64,000 nucleotides of DNA from an uncultured Verrucomicrobiae bacterium (GTDB lineage: Bacteria; Verrucomicrobiota; Verrucomicrobiia; Chthoniobacterales; JAFAMB01), in the NCBI GenBank assembly GCA_963762565.1, contig CAVXLD010000001.1, positions 704,001-768,000 of the forward strand, in the 5' to 3' direction. A program made the position numbers and the translations under genes. Positions 20,362 through 29,761 of this stretch are shown in pieces (within the stretch, counting starts at the first letter, position 1; the number at the start of each line of letters is the position of its first letter). The notes below the pieces were generated by a model. The model was not told the DNA's origin. It saw only the letters and a list, made by a program, of their open reading frames with translations, and made no database searches.

Positions 20362-20784
20362 ATGAAACTCTGCTTCCTGCTTGTTTTCCTACTGAGCGTC
20401 TCGGCCGCTTTCGCCGACGACGCGATCAAGATCGTTTCTCCGGATAATACGAGTACCCTGGTTGTCGATAAATCGGGAAAACGGGACCTGATTGTCCTGC
20501 ACTCCGGAAAAATCAGGCATCGGCTGTTCTACGAAGACCTGGACACGCTATTTCGAGCTAAACTCGCCACGGCTTTCAATGCGTCGTTAAACAAGGTCGG
20601 AAAAGTTGTTCTTCCAACATTCAAGAGCGCTCGCTGGATATCTCCGGAAGAAGTGGAAATCAAAGGGGAATCCACGGTGATCATCAATGAGGATTCCGGG
20701 GACGACTTTGGGTTTACAGCCGTGGTTTCGAAGACAGGAAACATCAAAGACCTCAGCATTACCCCACAAGGTCGCGCGCAGTAA
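20362..20784 (+). CDS. Secreted hypothetical protein
   Basis: Signal peptide MKLCFLLVFLLSVSAAFA. Confidence 0.7.
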   Translation: MKLCFLLVFLLSVSAAFADDAIKIVSPDNTSTLVVDKSGKRDLIVLHSGKIRHRLFYEDLDTLFRAKLATAFNASLNKVGKVVLPTFKSARWISPEEVEIKGESTVIINEDSGDDFGFTAVVSKTGNIKDLSITPQGRAQ

Positions 20785-20841
20785 GCGAGGTTGCCCTCTA
20801 TCGGACTGGGCGTATGGTTAGGTGAATTCATTCGCATCTCT

Positions 20842-21456
20842 ATGTACGCATTCCGGTCTCTGGCGGTAACGGCAGCCTGTTCTGTTTATGTTGCGTTGGG
20901 CTTGGTAGGGGTGTCGAGCAAGGTCCAGGCTAAGCCTGGACCGCCAGGCGGGAAGAATATTGCTGCTCTCACTATCCCGCCGTACGGCGATAAGTCGGCA
21001 TGGGGTATCTACGTTCGCCGGCTACAGGACACCCTGGCGAAGCGGTGGTATGACGAAATCTTCTACTACAATTATCCGTCCAGTATCAGCCGAGGGACTG
21101 TAACCATCAGTTACACCTTCGATCCGCAGGGCAGAGTCGTTTCCCGATCAGTCGTCTCCAATACCGCTAACGGTCCGTTTGCTGATCGAGCCTTAGCCGC
21201 AGTGAAAAACGCCAATATCCAAGCGATACCGGCCAGCATTCTACCTGAGGCGCCGGACGGGCTGACCGTAGTACAAACCTTTCGTCTCCGGGATAACGAT
21301 CCGACCGATTACGGCCTGGCCAGCTCGTATCCTCAATTGCTGCGAAACCGTTTCCCTGATACGGGCGCAGCAGAGAACCTGGATCTAAGGCGATATTATC
21401 CGCTCCAACGTTTTATCTATCAGTCGCGGATTGTAAGCATTGGTCCGGCGAGGTAG
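20842..21456 (+). CDS. Secreted TonB-C/TolA-like domain protein
   Basis: Signal peptide; Y...LAKRW...GTVTISYTFDPQGRV...FADRALAAV pattern. Confidence 0.65.
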   Translation: MYAFRSLAVTAACSVYVALGLVGVSSKVQAKPGPPGGKNIAALTIPPYGDKSAWGIYVRRLQDTLAKRWYDEIFYYNYPSSISRGTVTISYTFDPQGRVVSRSVVSNTANGPFADRALAAVKNANIQAIPASILPEAPDGLTVVQTFRLRDNDPTDYGLASSYPQLLRNRFPDTGAAENLDLRRYYPLQRFIYQSRIVSIGPAR

Positions 21457-21481
21457 GCGGGAAAGCCGCCCCGATCGCGGA

Positions 21482-23292
21482 TTACTTCCCCACCCTGGGC
21501 TTTAAGAGCCTCTCTCGCCAAAGGCTCAGCTCGTCCACTAGAAATTCGAGGACTTCAGACCCGGAGTAGCCATCGGCATTGTCGGCTAACGCCTCATTAT
21601 AAAGATCGCGAGCTGAGTAGAGACGAGCGGTTTCTTCTGAAGTCAACGTGATCAATTCCAAATTTCTGCGCAACGCTTTTTCGATGATCTCGCCTGTGGC
21701 TTTCCAGTTGGGTTTCGGCACCTTACTCAGCTCAGGAGTCCGGAAGAAACTGCTTTGGTGAGTTTCCCGGATTGGCCGCTGGCCCGCTCCTCGGTCAGCT
21801 GAGCGATCTTTTTCCATTGGTTATGTTGGCCTTCATGAAGAAAGCCGAACATGACCTCGGCGGTATCTCCTTGTTGCCACATCAATTCGAAATAGCCGTT
21901 CTTCAGGGTAATCGGTTTGCAAGCGATCCTACTCCCCATCACCAACGGTCCCTGCACTAGCCAACGGAAAGTGTCAGGATCATACTTTAGCCAATGTGGG
22001 CTGGCTAAGAATTCCGCTAGATATTCCTGGTAAATTTCAGCTAACGGCCGGCGCCGGACATCGGCCGTTGATTTACCATCCCAGCGCAGCCGGCATAGCT
22101 TCATGAACTCGCGCGCAGGAATCCCTCTCGCTCCGACAAACACCGAATCCAACCATTTAGGATCCTTTAGCTTGCGTACCGCCTGTTCCGGAGACGAAGT
22201 GGATTCCAATCTCAAGTTGATAAGCTCGACAGCTTCCGGCCGGGAAAGCGGTTTGAGGAGGTGCGGTTCCGAGAACCGATCGCGATGGGCAACGTCCATT
22301 CCAGGCAACAATCTCGCGTCCCAGATATTCTGATTAGCAGTAACTACCGTTAGTTGGCAGCTACACTCGGCGACAATTCGGGACACGGTATTGCCAAATT
22401 GAGACATCAACTCAGGCCGGACGGTGTAACCTTCGGTTTGATCAAAACAGAATACGAATGGCTGATAGAATCGAGAAAGCGCACAGAGATCGGATAATCG
22501 GGTCCAAGCGCCGACATTAACGTTCTCCACCGGCTCAGGCACCGGATTTTCCGCTCGAGGAAGCTGCCAAGAAGCCGAGACATTATCGTCCAGCGCTTCA
22601 TAACGTAACCAGGTCAAGCAACATTGACGTTCGTCGGAACCGGGCGGAGCGGTCAGATAAGCGAAAAGGATCCGGGGCCATTCGGCTGACTTCAGCCTCA
22701 ACGGCGCCAGTTGCTGGCGTACTATCGGAAGCAGATCGTCGAGAAAATGTCCTCGAAACCAATCGCTTGCCCGGTCCTGTCCATCCCGCAACGACATCTG
22801 GGGAGAACTCTCGAAAGCTTCCGCCGAAAGATCGCCTCGGATAACCTGGATGGCTCCTCTGCGAATCGCGGCAGCAGTTAACAATCGTAGCACCGCCTCG
22901 GCAAAAGCCTCCAACTGAGTTGGCTCGTCAAAACCTCCCCTATCCCAGTCCGCAGCCTGGTTCAACTCGTCCACAGTTAGAAGAAGTATGGACTGCCAAT
23001 AGGTCGAAGTGGTCTCAAATGGCGGGATGTAAACCCGCACCGCTTGATTGCCCAGTTCTTTGAAGAAGCGGCCAACGAGATGGCTTTTGCCGTAGCCCGG
23101 CGCCGGCGATAAAATTAATTCCGCTTTGCGCGTTGGCGATTCCCCCGAACTCTCAACGTTCTTAAACTGACCCAACAACCGATCTAGCGTGTCCTGATTA
23201 AGCGAAGAGACCGAGGGCGGGTGATCACGTGGCTCATGTACCACATCCTTTTCGAACGGATTAGGCGAAAGAGTTGGAGTCCCCGGTTTCAT
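21482..23292 (-). CDS. P-loop AAA+ ATPase, split by a 1-bp frameshift near 21747-21749
   Basis: Walker A SPAPGYGKSHL, Walker B VFCFDQTE, RDRF; adding one T at GCA GTT TCT TCC joins the 521-aa ORF to the FFRTPEL...RERLLKP frame ending at 21482. Confidence 0.75.
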
Positions 23293-23317
23293 GGTACAAA
23301 GGCCATGCTATTTCAAA

Positions 23318-24014
23318 TCAGGGGGCAAGTGCAATGTAGAGGCGTTTACGGCCCAAAAGCTCAACCGCAGCAGCCCGTTGTTCGTCCGTAGCCGCGCCCC
23401 AATCTCCTTCGTCAAGCTGGCCTTGCCCTTTCTGCACAATTTCTTGCTCAATCCAGCCCTGGAGTTCGTCCCAGCTAGTCGCAGACATTCGTCGGAGATC
23501 CGAAATAAAAACCGAAACGCCGCCCTTTGTCCCGGGTCAAACGCTCGTAAGCTTTGTAAATTCTAACCGTCAATTTGTTCTCGTTATCCGACCCTTGTCG
23601 GACCTCAGCTGATTGTGCAGGTCGCGCGTCCTTGGAGTCCATCATATTTTCCAAGTGGCTCCTGTGAATAAAATATTCACCCTCCGTTCCGCTGACCGCC
23701 AGTCTGACTACGCGTTTTTCGGTCAAAAGTTTGGAGAGGGCCGACCGAAAGAAAGCCTGACCCTCTTTGTATCGAGAACCCAATGCTATCCGCCGGAAGA
23801 GATAGGGCCGTGAAAGCAGCTTCTGTACGATCCTCTCGCTCTCGGACTCGAGGGTGGGCTCATAACCGGCAAGATAATAGGCTCGGGCCCGCACAACCCG
23901 ACCTTCCTTCAGCAATCGCTGGAGAGCCGCCTTTTGGGTTTTGCCAATCTCGGACTCGGTTAACCGGTGCTTGCGTTTGAATTTCTTTTCAAGCCGGGCA
24001 GCCGGAGTCTCCAT
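23318..24014 (-). CDS. Hypothetical, probably DNA-binding ATPase-partner protein, frameshifted near 23515-23517
   Basis: Removing one T after GRR gives SVFISDLRRMSATSWDELQGW...AATDEQRAAAVELLGRKRLYIALAP*, stopping 25 bp before the ATPase start. Confidence 0.65.
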
Positions 24015-24083
24015 CGAACAAGTAATATGCGGGTTTCCCCGGAAAAATCACGCCAGAACCGCAGAGGAGCCAGACTTAAAAGC

Positions 24084-24389
24084 AGGAGCTAGGAGCTAGA
24101 ATCTAGGAGCTAGAAGGGGCGCCGCGGCAATGCATCGCTCTCGTCCTTGTCCTCGAAGGTACGTTTTGGTTCCAGCGCCCGGTTTGCTCTTTCGTGCCGG
24201 AGGGGAGCCGCTTTGTAGGTTTGCAAGCTCTGCCGGTTGCTAGCAGGCGGCTCCCTCCGGCGCGATAGAGCAAATCGGTACGCTGGAACCGATACCATTT
24301 TCGAGGACGAGGACGACGACGAGGACGATTACGATCCATGCCGCGACGGCCCTCCTAGCTCCTAGATTCTAGCTCCTAGCTCCTAGCTC
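24084..24389. repeat. ~305-bp nested palindrome with AGGAGCT 7-mer arms
   Basis: AGGAGCTAGGAGCTAGAATCTAGGAGCTAG / CTAGCTCCTAGATTCTAGCTCCTAGCTCCT; CTCGTC/GACGAG layer; central GGAGGGGAGCCGCTTTG...AGGCGGCTCCCTCC. Confidence 0.88.
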
Positions 24390-24392
24390 GTT

Positions 24393-25841
24393 CTACGATT
24401 GGCCGAACTCGATGACCGCCAAAGCGTCTGGCTTCAGGGTCAACGTCAGAGCGGTCGGATCCTTCCCTATAATACGGATCCCGGCAGCAAAGGTCTCTTC
24501 GGCATGGCGTCGCAATCTGGCTTGTTGTTCTAAAGTCGGAGAAGCCGGGCTCCCCATGTCTTGCCATTCTTTCAGCGGTGACCCGTGATCGTCGTCGACC
24601 AAATACACTCTGGCGTATTTGGTATGGGGCGCGCCTTTCAGCTCAATTCGGAAGCTCCGATCCGAGCCGGTTGTGCCGGGCGCAACATAATTCCAAACCG
24701 CAGCTACCACGGAATTATTCACCGAATTTCGGGTGGCTAATCCGGACTTGTTATTAAGAGACAGTTGTTGGTCGCCCAAATGGCTAAGCGCCTTGAACGC
24801 GTAGTAGGAAGCTTTCGGAATTGAACCGGTGGCAATGAGCCCGAATCCATCCTGGAATGGCCTCTTGAAGACGCCGCCCTCCTCAAAAAAGGCGTCTGTA
24901 AACGTCCAGTAAGACATTTCCGCGACTAACCCGCCGCTGCATTGGCGGATATTGTTAGCTAACCAGGCGCCGACATAAGGCGTATCTAGAAGATCCTCGG
25001 AAAGCCCGGCATTATATTCGGAGAAAATGATCGGCAGTTCCGGATTGGCGGAAGCTTTCACCTGGTCGTACACCTTGCGCACCGCCAGGGCGACCATTTC
25101 CGACTGAGGAATCTCTTCATCCTTCCCAAAAACATTTAGGGAGGTGTCATTCGGATAAACATGGGTCGAAACGAAATCGACCGGTACTTTGTTCTCAGCA
25201 CAATAGTGAATGAATCGATCGACCCAGGCGGCCTGGGCTGTCGCCGGGCCACCCACCCGCAAAAGAGGGCTCACTGCTTTCAGGGCGCTCGCCGTTACTT
25301 TATAAAACTCATAGTAAGTCTGCTCGGGGGGTTCGCCTGCCCAGAAATCCAGATTCGGCTCGTTCCAAACCTCAAAATACCAATCGGCTAATTCGGCCAA
25401 GCCATATCTTTGGACCAAGTGCTGCGCGAACTTATAGATTAGCTCATACCATTTCTTCGGATCTTTCGGCGGCGATACGATGGGATGATACCAAAACGGA
25501 TGAACGGCTTCCCGCGCAGCCAGCCCTTTCGGCATGAAACTAAGCTCCACAAACGGGCGCACGCCATTCTTGAGCAATCCATCGTAGATCAGATCGAGCC
25601 GGGTGAAATTCAAAACTAGATTACCGCCTTCGTCCTGGTGATCGTAGATACCGACGTTGCGTTCAAAGATCCCGTGAAACCGCACATACTTCACATCGAT
25701 GATCTCTTTGAGCGTCCGCAAATCGTTACGCCAGTCCTCGCACAGGGTTGTCGAGGCGTGACAGGAGCCAAACAGATGCTCCCAAAAATGGGGAAACGGA
25801 CTGGTTGAACCGGCCGCGTCAACAACGATGGTCTCGTCCAT
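24393..25841 (-). CDS. GH39 beta-xylosidase-like glycoside hydrolase
   Basis: YVRFHGIF, PFVELSFMP, FEVWNEP (acid/base), SEYN (nucleophile), SYWTFTD; start ATG 25841 with GAGG RBS. Confidence 0.92.
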   Translation of the reverse strand: MDETIVVDAAGSTSPFPHFWEHLFGSCHASTTLCEDWRNDLRTLKEIIDVKYVRFHGIFERNVGIYDHQDEGGNLVLNFTRLDLIYDGLLKNGVRPFVELSFMPKGLAAREAVHPFWYHPIVSPPKDPKKWYELIYKFAQHLVQRYGLAELADWYFEVWNEPNLDFWAGEPPEQTYYEFYKVTASALKAVSPLLRVGGPATAQAAWVDRFIHYCAENKVPVDFVSTHVYPNDTSLNVFGKDEEIPQSEMVALAVRKVYDQVKASANPELPIIFSEYNAGLSEDLLDTPYVGAWLANNIRQCSGGLVAEMSYWTFTDAFFEEGGVFKRPFQDGFGLIATGSIPKASYYAFKALSHLGDQQLSLNNKSGLATRNSVNNSVVAAVWNYVAPGTTGSDRSFRIELKGAPHTKYARVYLVDDDHGSPLKEWQDMGSPASPTLEQQARLRRHAEETFAAGIRIIGKDPTALTLTLKPDALAVIEFGQS

Positions 25842-25946
25842 AGACCTCTCTAGAGAGCGAGGCCGTAATTGCAATCGATTTAAGGAAGGTCGCGAGGTGT
25901 GTACAAAGGCGGCTTTCTTGGTCGGTGGCGCACTTCGGGCGTAACA

Positions 25947-26030
25947 ACGGATAGGACATATGGGACCTATAGGACACATACGACCTGGGTCCGTCCCATA
26001 AGTCCCATTGGTCATATAGGTCCTATCCGT
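25947..26030. repeat. Palindrome with GGACCTATA-type 9-mer arms
   Basis: ACGGATAGGACATATGGGACCTATAGGAC / GTCCCATAAGTCCCATTGGTCATATAGGTCCTATCCGT. Confidence 0.8.
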
Positions 26031-26064
26031 GCCAACGTCCAAAGCGCCCTCTACCCCGAGCCGT

Positions 26065-27360
26065 TCACGAAGCTTTTGGCTTCTCCACCACCAGGCTCTT
26101 CAATTGCATCAAAGGCGTGAATCGCCCTGATGCCGAGATCAAGACTAAAGCGAGGCCGGACACGATCAAGGTGGGTCTGATCCCAATGGTCTCTCCTAAC
26201 CAACCACCGAAAAGTGCTCCAAACGGCATTATACCGGTTACAAGAAAGCGAAACGCACCGTTCATTCTGCCGAGCACCGCACTGGGTGTAAGAGTCTGTC
26301 GAATAGTCCAGGCAAACACCGTGATCGAAGAATTCCCCGCACTTAAAACAAAATAAGCCGCCGCAAGAGCGATCACGCCCTGCAAATCTCCGCTATGGAC
26401 CAGCGGAAAACAAAGCGCGGCGATCGCGACGGCGGTCGTCGATAGAATCACGAACGGACCAGGGCCCAACCGTCGCCCCAATTGCTCGGCTCCAACCGCG
26501 CCCATGACTGCGCCCAACCCACCTATACTGACCGTGATGCCGAATAGCCCAGGTCGGATACCAAGCTCACGGGTGGCATAAAGCACGAGGATTGCCATCA
26601 CCGCGTTCTGGAAGAAATTGTTAGCGGTAACAAGCCAGAGCAATGACCGAATATGCCGTTCTTTGGCTACAAACCTAAACCCGCCGCCGATTTGCCGAAA
26701 AATGCCTTCTTGCCGGACCCGGATTCGGACCTCGCGATGCTTGATTTTAAATAAGCAGATCGCACTCAGAAAATAAGTGGTGGCGTCGGCAAGGACAGCC
26801 ATTGGCGCCCCTAGCAGTTCAACCATGATGCCGCCAAATCCGGGACCTACCGATTGGCCGAGGGCGTACGACATCATGATCTTGCTATTTGCATTAACCA
26901 GGCGTTGCCGCGGAACGATTTCAGGGACGTAGGTTTGATAAGCCATCTCGAAGACAGTCTTCAAAGAACCCATGACGAACATCACGAAGTAGAGTACCCC
27001 CAGGTGCATCCAGCCGAGGAACACAGCCAGAGGTACAGCTGTGATAAAAACACCGCGGATCAGGTTCGCGCCGATCATCAAAGAACGCCGAATGCCATAA
27101 TCGGCCCAGACACCAGCCGGCAGAGTAAACACCAGAAAGGGAGCAAATTCCGCTGCGCGCAGAAGGCCCATCTGTAGAGACGTCGCATGCAAGGTAATCG
27201 CAGCCAGTAGCGGAACCGCGAACGCCGTCACCTGTGCTCCCAGAGTGGACACGGTTTGCCCGCTCCAAAAAAAGGCAAACGAATCGTTAATAAACAGCCG
27301 CGATTGCCGTCCTTGGACCGCCGGAGTGAAGGACCCGGCGGAGTCCTCAAGTGTTTTCAC
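26065..27360 (-). CDS. MFS transporter (EntS/MefA-like)
   Basis: FWSGQTVSTLG, about 12 hydrophobic segments, LGRMNGAF...PFGALFGG. Confidence 0.9.
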   Translation of the reverse strand: MKTLEDSAGSFTPAVQGRQSRLFINDSFAFFWSGQTVSTLGAQVTAFAVPLLAAITLHATSLQMGLLRAAEFAPFLVFTLPAGVWADYGIRRSLMIGANLIRGVFITAVPLAVFLGWMHLGVLYFVMFVMGSLKTVFEMAYQTYVPEIVPRQRLVNANSKIMMSYALGQSVGPGFGGIMVELLGAPMAVLADATTYFLSAICLFKIKHREVRIRVRQEGIFRQIGGGFRFVAKERHIRSLLWLVTANNFFQNAVMAILVLYATRELGIRPGLFGITVSIGGLGAVMGAVGAEQLGRRLGPGPFVILSTTAVAIAALCFPLVHSGDLQGVIALAAAYFVLSAGNSSITVFAWTIRQTLTPSAVLGRMNGAFRFLVTGIMPFGALFGGWLGETIGIRPTLIVSGLALVLISASGRFTPLMQLKSLVVEKPKAS

Positions 27361-27609
27361 TAGGGGTTGGTTGAACCCCCATTTCCTAAACTAATCCTAA
27401 ATGTGCAGCCAAAAGACCAAACGAACCACCAATTGCTCAATGCGATCCTCAGCGAAACTGGCTGCCCACAGGGGAGAACCGCAACCAAGTTCTGAACCTT
27501 TCAGTGAATGCATTTAAATCGGTCGCTGAACAAATGCCAAGCGATTTTTGCGGTAGAGGGGTGGAGCGGCGAGATGCGCGGGGCGGTGCGACGTGCTTCG
27601 GCGTGGCAT

Positions 27610-27690
27610 GGATAGGACCTATGGGACTGATAGGACTTATATGACGGAACATCGAACATATAGGTCCTATCTGTCCTATAAGTCCTATCC
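27610..27690. repeat. Palindrome with GGACCTATG-type 9-mer arms
   Basis: GGATAGGACCTATGGGACTGATAGGACTTAT / ATAGGTCCTATCTGTCCTATAAGTCCTATCC; same family as 25947 and 1530-1562. Confidence 0.8.
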
Positions 27691-27820
27691 GAACCACGCC
27701 TCTGCGTGGCGACAAAGAAGTCACTCACCACCTCCTGCAGCCCAATTCGAGGGCGAGAACGAAACCGCGGAGCACACGCCGACTTCCAACCGAGCTCACG
27801 GCTTGCTAAAAAGAGGCCCC

Positions 27821-29293
27821 GTGACCCGGTTATTGCTCTTTTCGCTCCTTCTGATCTGCGCCGCTGCTAACGGAGAACCAACGCTGCGCTGGGCCGCTGA
27901 TCCCAACAGTAACGCTCCGTACGCTTTCTATTCAAAGGGCAAGGACCTTATAGGCTTTGAATACGAGATCATCAATGCCGTCGCGAACCGGCTAGGCCGG
28001 CCCGCAGAATTTGTTCAGAACGATTGGAACGGCCTCATCCCTGGATTGCAACGCGGTCTTTACGATTGCGTGATCGCTGGGATCGAGATCACACCGGACA
28101 AAACGGAACAGGTCGCCTTCAGTGCTCCATACTATTTCACGTTCGAACAATTCGTCGGACGCAGAGGCACTCCATCGATTGCCTCGCTGGAACAACTCCG
28201 TGACAGAAAAATCGGGACGCTGGATCAAACTGCGGCGCTTCGAATGTTAGAAGAAACGCCTGGGGTGATCGTGAAAACTTACGATCAAGAGCTCAGCGCT
28301 TACGAGGACATCGTGAATGGTCGCCTTTTTGGCGTTTTGCTTGATTACCCCATCGCGAAATATTACGCAGCACCGAACCCGGCATTAGAGTTAAGTGGAC
28401 CGGCGTTTGGGCAAATCTCTTACGGCATCGCCATCAACAAAAACAACGGCCCGCTAAAGTCGGAGATCGACGCCGCTCTAGGCGATATCATCAGGTCAGG
28501 CGAGCTCCGAAACATCCTATCACGCTGGGGTTTATGGACGAGTAAGGTTGCTGAAGCCTTCGATCAACCGGAGCAACCTTCTACCCAGGACACAGAATAT
28601 CAGGCGTTTGTCGCCACCCAAACATCGTTACAGACCTTATGGTCACGCCTGGAGAGTTATGGCGGCGCCTGGCAGCTCTTAGTAAATGCAGCTTTGCTTA
28701 CCCTGGCTGTCTCGATTTCAGCGATGATAGTTGCGATTGGATTGGGGCTTCTGCTGGTGGTCTGCCGCCTCTTTGGTCCATTACCCCTAAGGTGGTTTGC
28801 AACGAGTTACGTCGAGGTCATTCGCGGTACCCCTCTCTTGATTCAGCTTCTTTTCATTTTCTACGGTCTCCCGAGACTCGGCCTTCAACTGTCACCTTTC
28901 GTGGCTAGTGTGCTCGGGCTTGGACTTAATTACGCTGCATCCGAGTCGGAGAATTATAGGGCGGGTCTGCTCTCAGTGCCCGAGGGACAATGGCAAGCAG
29001 CACGAGCTCTGGGTCTAACTCAATCGAAAGCACTTCGCTTGGTCATTATTCCCCAGGCGGTTCGTCTAGTCCTGCCGCCACTCACTAATGACTTCATCGC
29101 GTTGCTAAAAGACTCTTCCTTGGTTTCCGCTTTGACCTTGCTTGAACTTACCGGCGCCTATAACCGGCTGGCTACGCAGACTTTCGACTATTTCGGCACC
29201 GGTCTCTTAGTAGCCACCATCTACTTGCTGATCGGCCTCCCATTTGTCCGCATCGCGCGAAGGTTGGAACGAGGGATAAGAAGCCGAGGCTAA
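27821..29293 (+). CDS. Polar amino-acid ABC transporter, fused substrate-binding protein + permease
   Basis: SBP_bac_3-like N-half (APYAF...GFEYEI...WNGLIPGL); permease YVEVIRGTPLLIQL, GQWQAARALG, LLKDSSL; start GTG 27821. Confidence 0.92.
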   Translation: MTRLLLFSLLLICAAANGEPTLRWAADPNSNAPYAFYSKGKDLIGFEYEIINAVANRLGRPAEFVQNDWNGLIPGLQRGLYDCVIAGIEITPDKTEQVAFSAPYYFTFEQFVGRRGTPSIASLEQLRDRKIGTLDQTAALRMLEETPGVIVKTYDQELSAYEDIVNGRLFGVLLDYPIAKYYAAPNPALELSGPAFGQISYGIAINKNNGPLKSEIDAALGDIIRSGELRNILSRWGLWTSKVAEAFDQPEQPSTQDTEYQAFVATQTSLQTLWSRLESYGGAWQLLVNAALLTLAVSISAMIVAIGLGLLLVVCRLFGPLPLRWFATSYVEVIRGTPLLIQLLFIFYGLPRLGLQLSPFVASVLGLGLNYAASESENYRAGLLSVPEGQWQAARALGLTQSKALRLVIIPQAVRLVLPPLTNDFIALLKDSSLVSALTLLELTGAYNRLATQTFDYFGTGLLVATIYLLIGLPFVRIARRLERGIRSRG

Positions 29294-29335
29294 AGAGCAA
29301 GCCTTAGTCCAGGATTTGCCGCGAAGGAGTTCGAT

Positions 29336-29609
29336 CGGAGGGGAGCCGCTTTGGTGCGTTGCCAAACGACCCCTCGAAATTCGTTCCACGTTCGATGCGT
29401 TCTCGAAACGAGGCCAACAAGCGGCTCCCGCGAATAACCCAAGGTGACGAATCTACCTGCGCGCTTCAATTTGCTATCGGTCCGATCGGCAGAACTGCAA
29501 GCCGCTGGGTAATTCCCGGGAGCCGCCTGGTGCATCGCTTCTCGGACACATGCGCCCAGGTACGAATAACGCGAGGTCATATGTCGTCCGCCAAAGCGGC
29601 TCCCCTCCG
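29336..29609. repeat. GGAGGGGAGCCGCTTTG-family four-unit palindromic element
   Basis: CGGAGGGGAGCCGCTTTGG / CCAAAGCGGCTCCCCTCCG with inner AAGCGGCTCCCG / CGGGAGCCGCCT. Confidence 0.85.
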
Positions 29610-29761
29610 GGTTTCTTTACAAAATCTTTACAAATCGGAGGGAGACTTCTAGAGCGGACCCGCTTGAGTAGTACGGACGAGGCGTTTTGTCCGATGGGTA
29701 TCCACTTGGGCGGACAAGCGCTTCGTGCAGATCATAACCAGCAACTCGAGGAATTCTTCAC

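Noticed and set aside
19471..24389. Prophage or integrative element at tRNA-His
   Set aside because: No integrase or phage genes, and I saw no duplicate of the tRNA 3' end in the window.
25842..27820. Long N-terminal extensions of the GH39 and ABC fusion ORFs
   Set aside because: They run through 9-mer palindromes; downstream starts with an RBS or signal peptide fit better.
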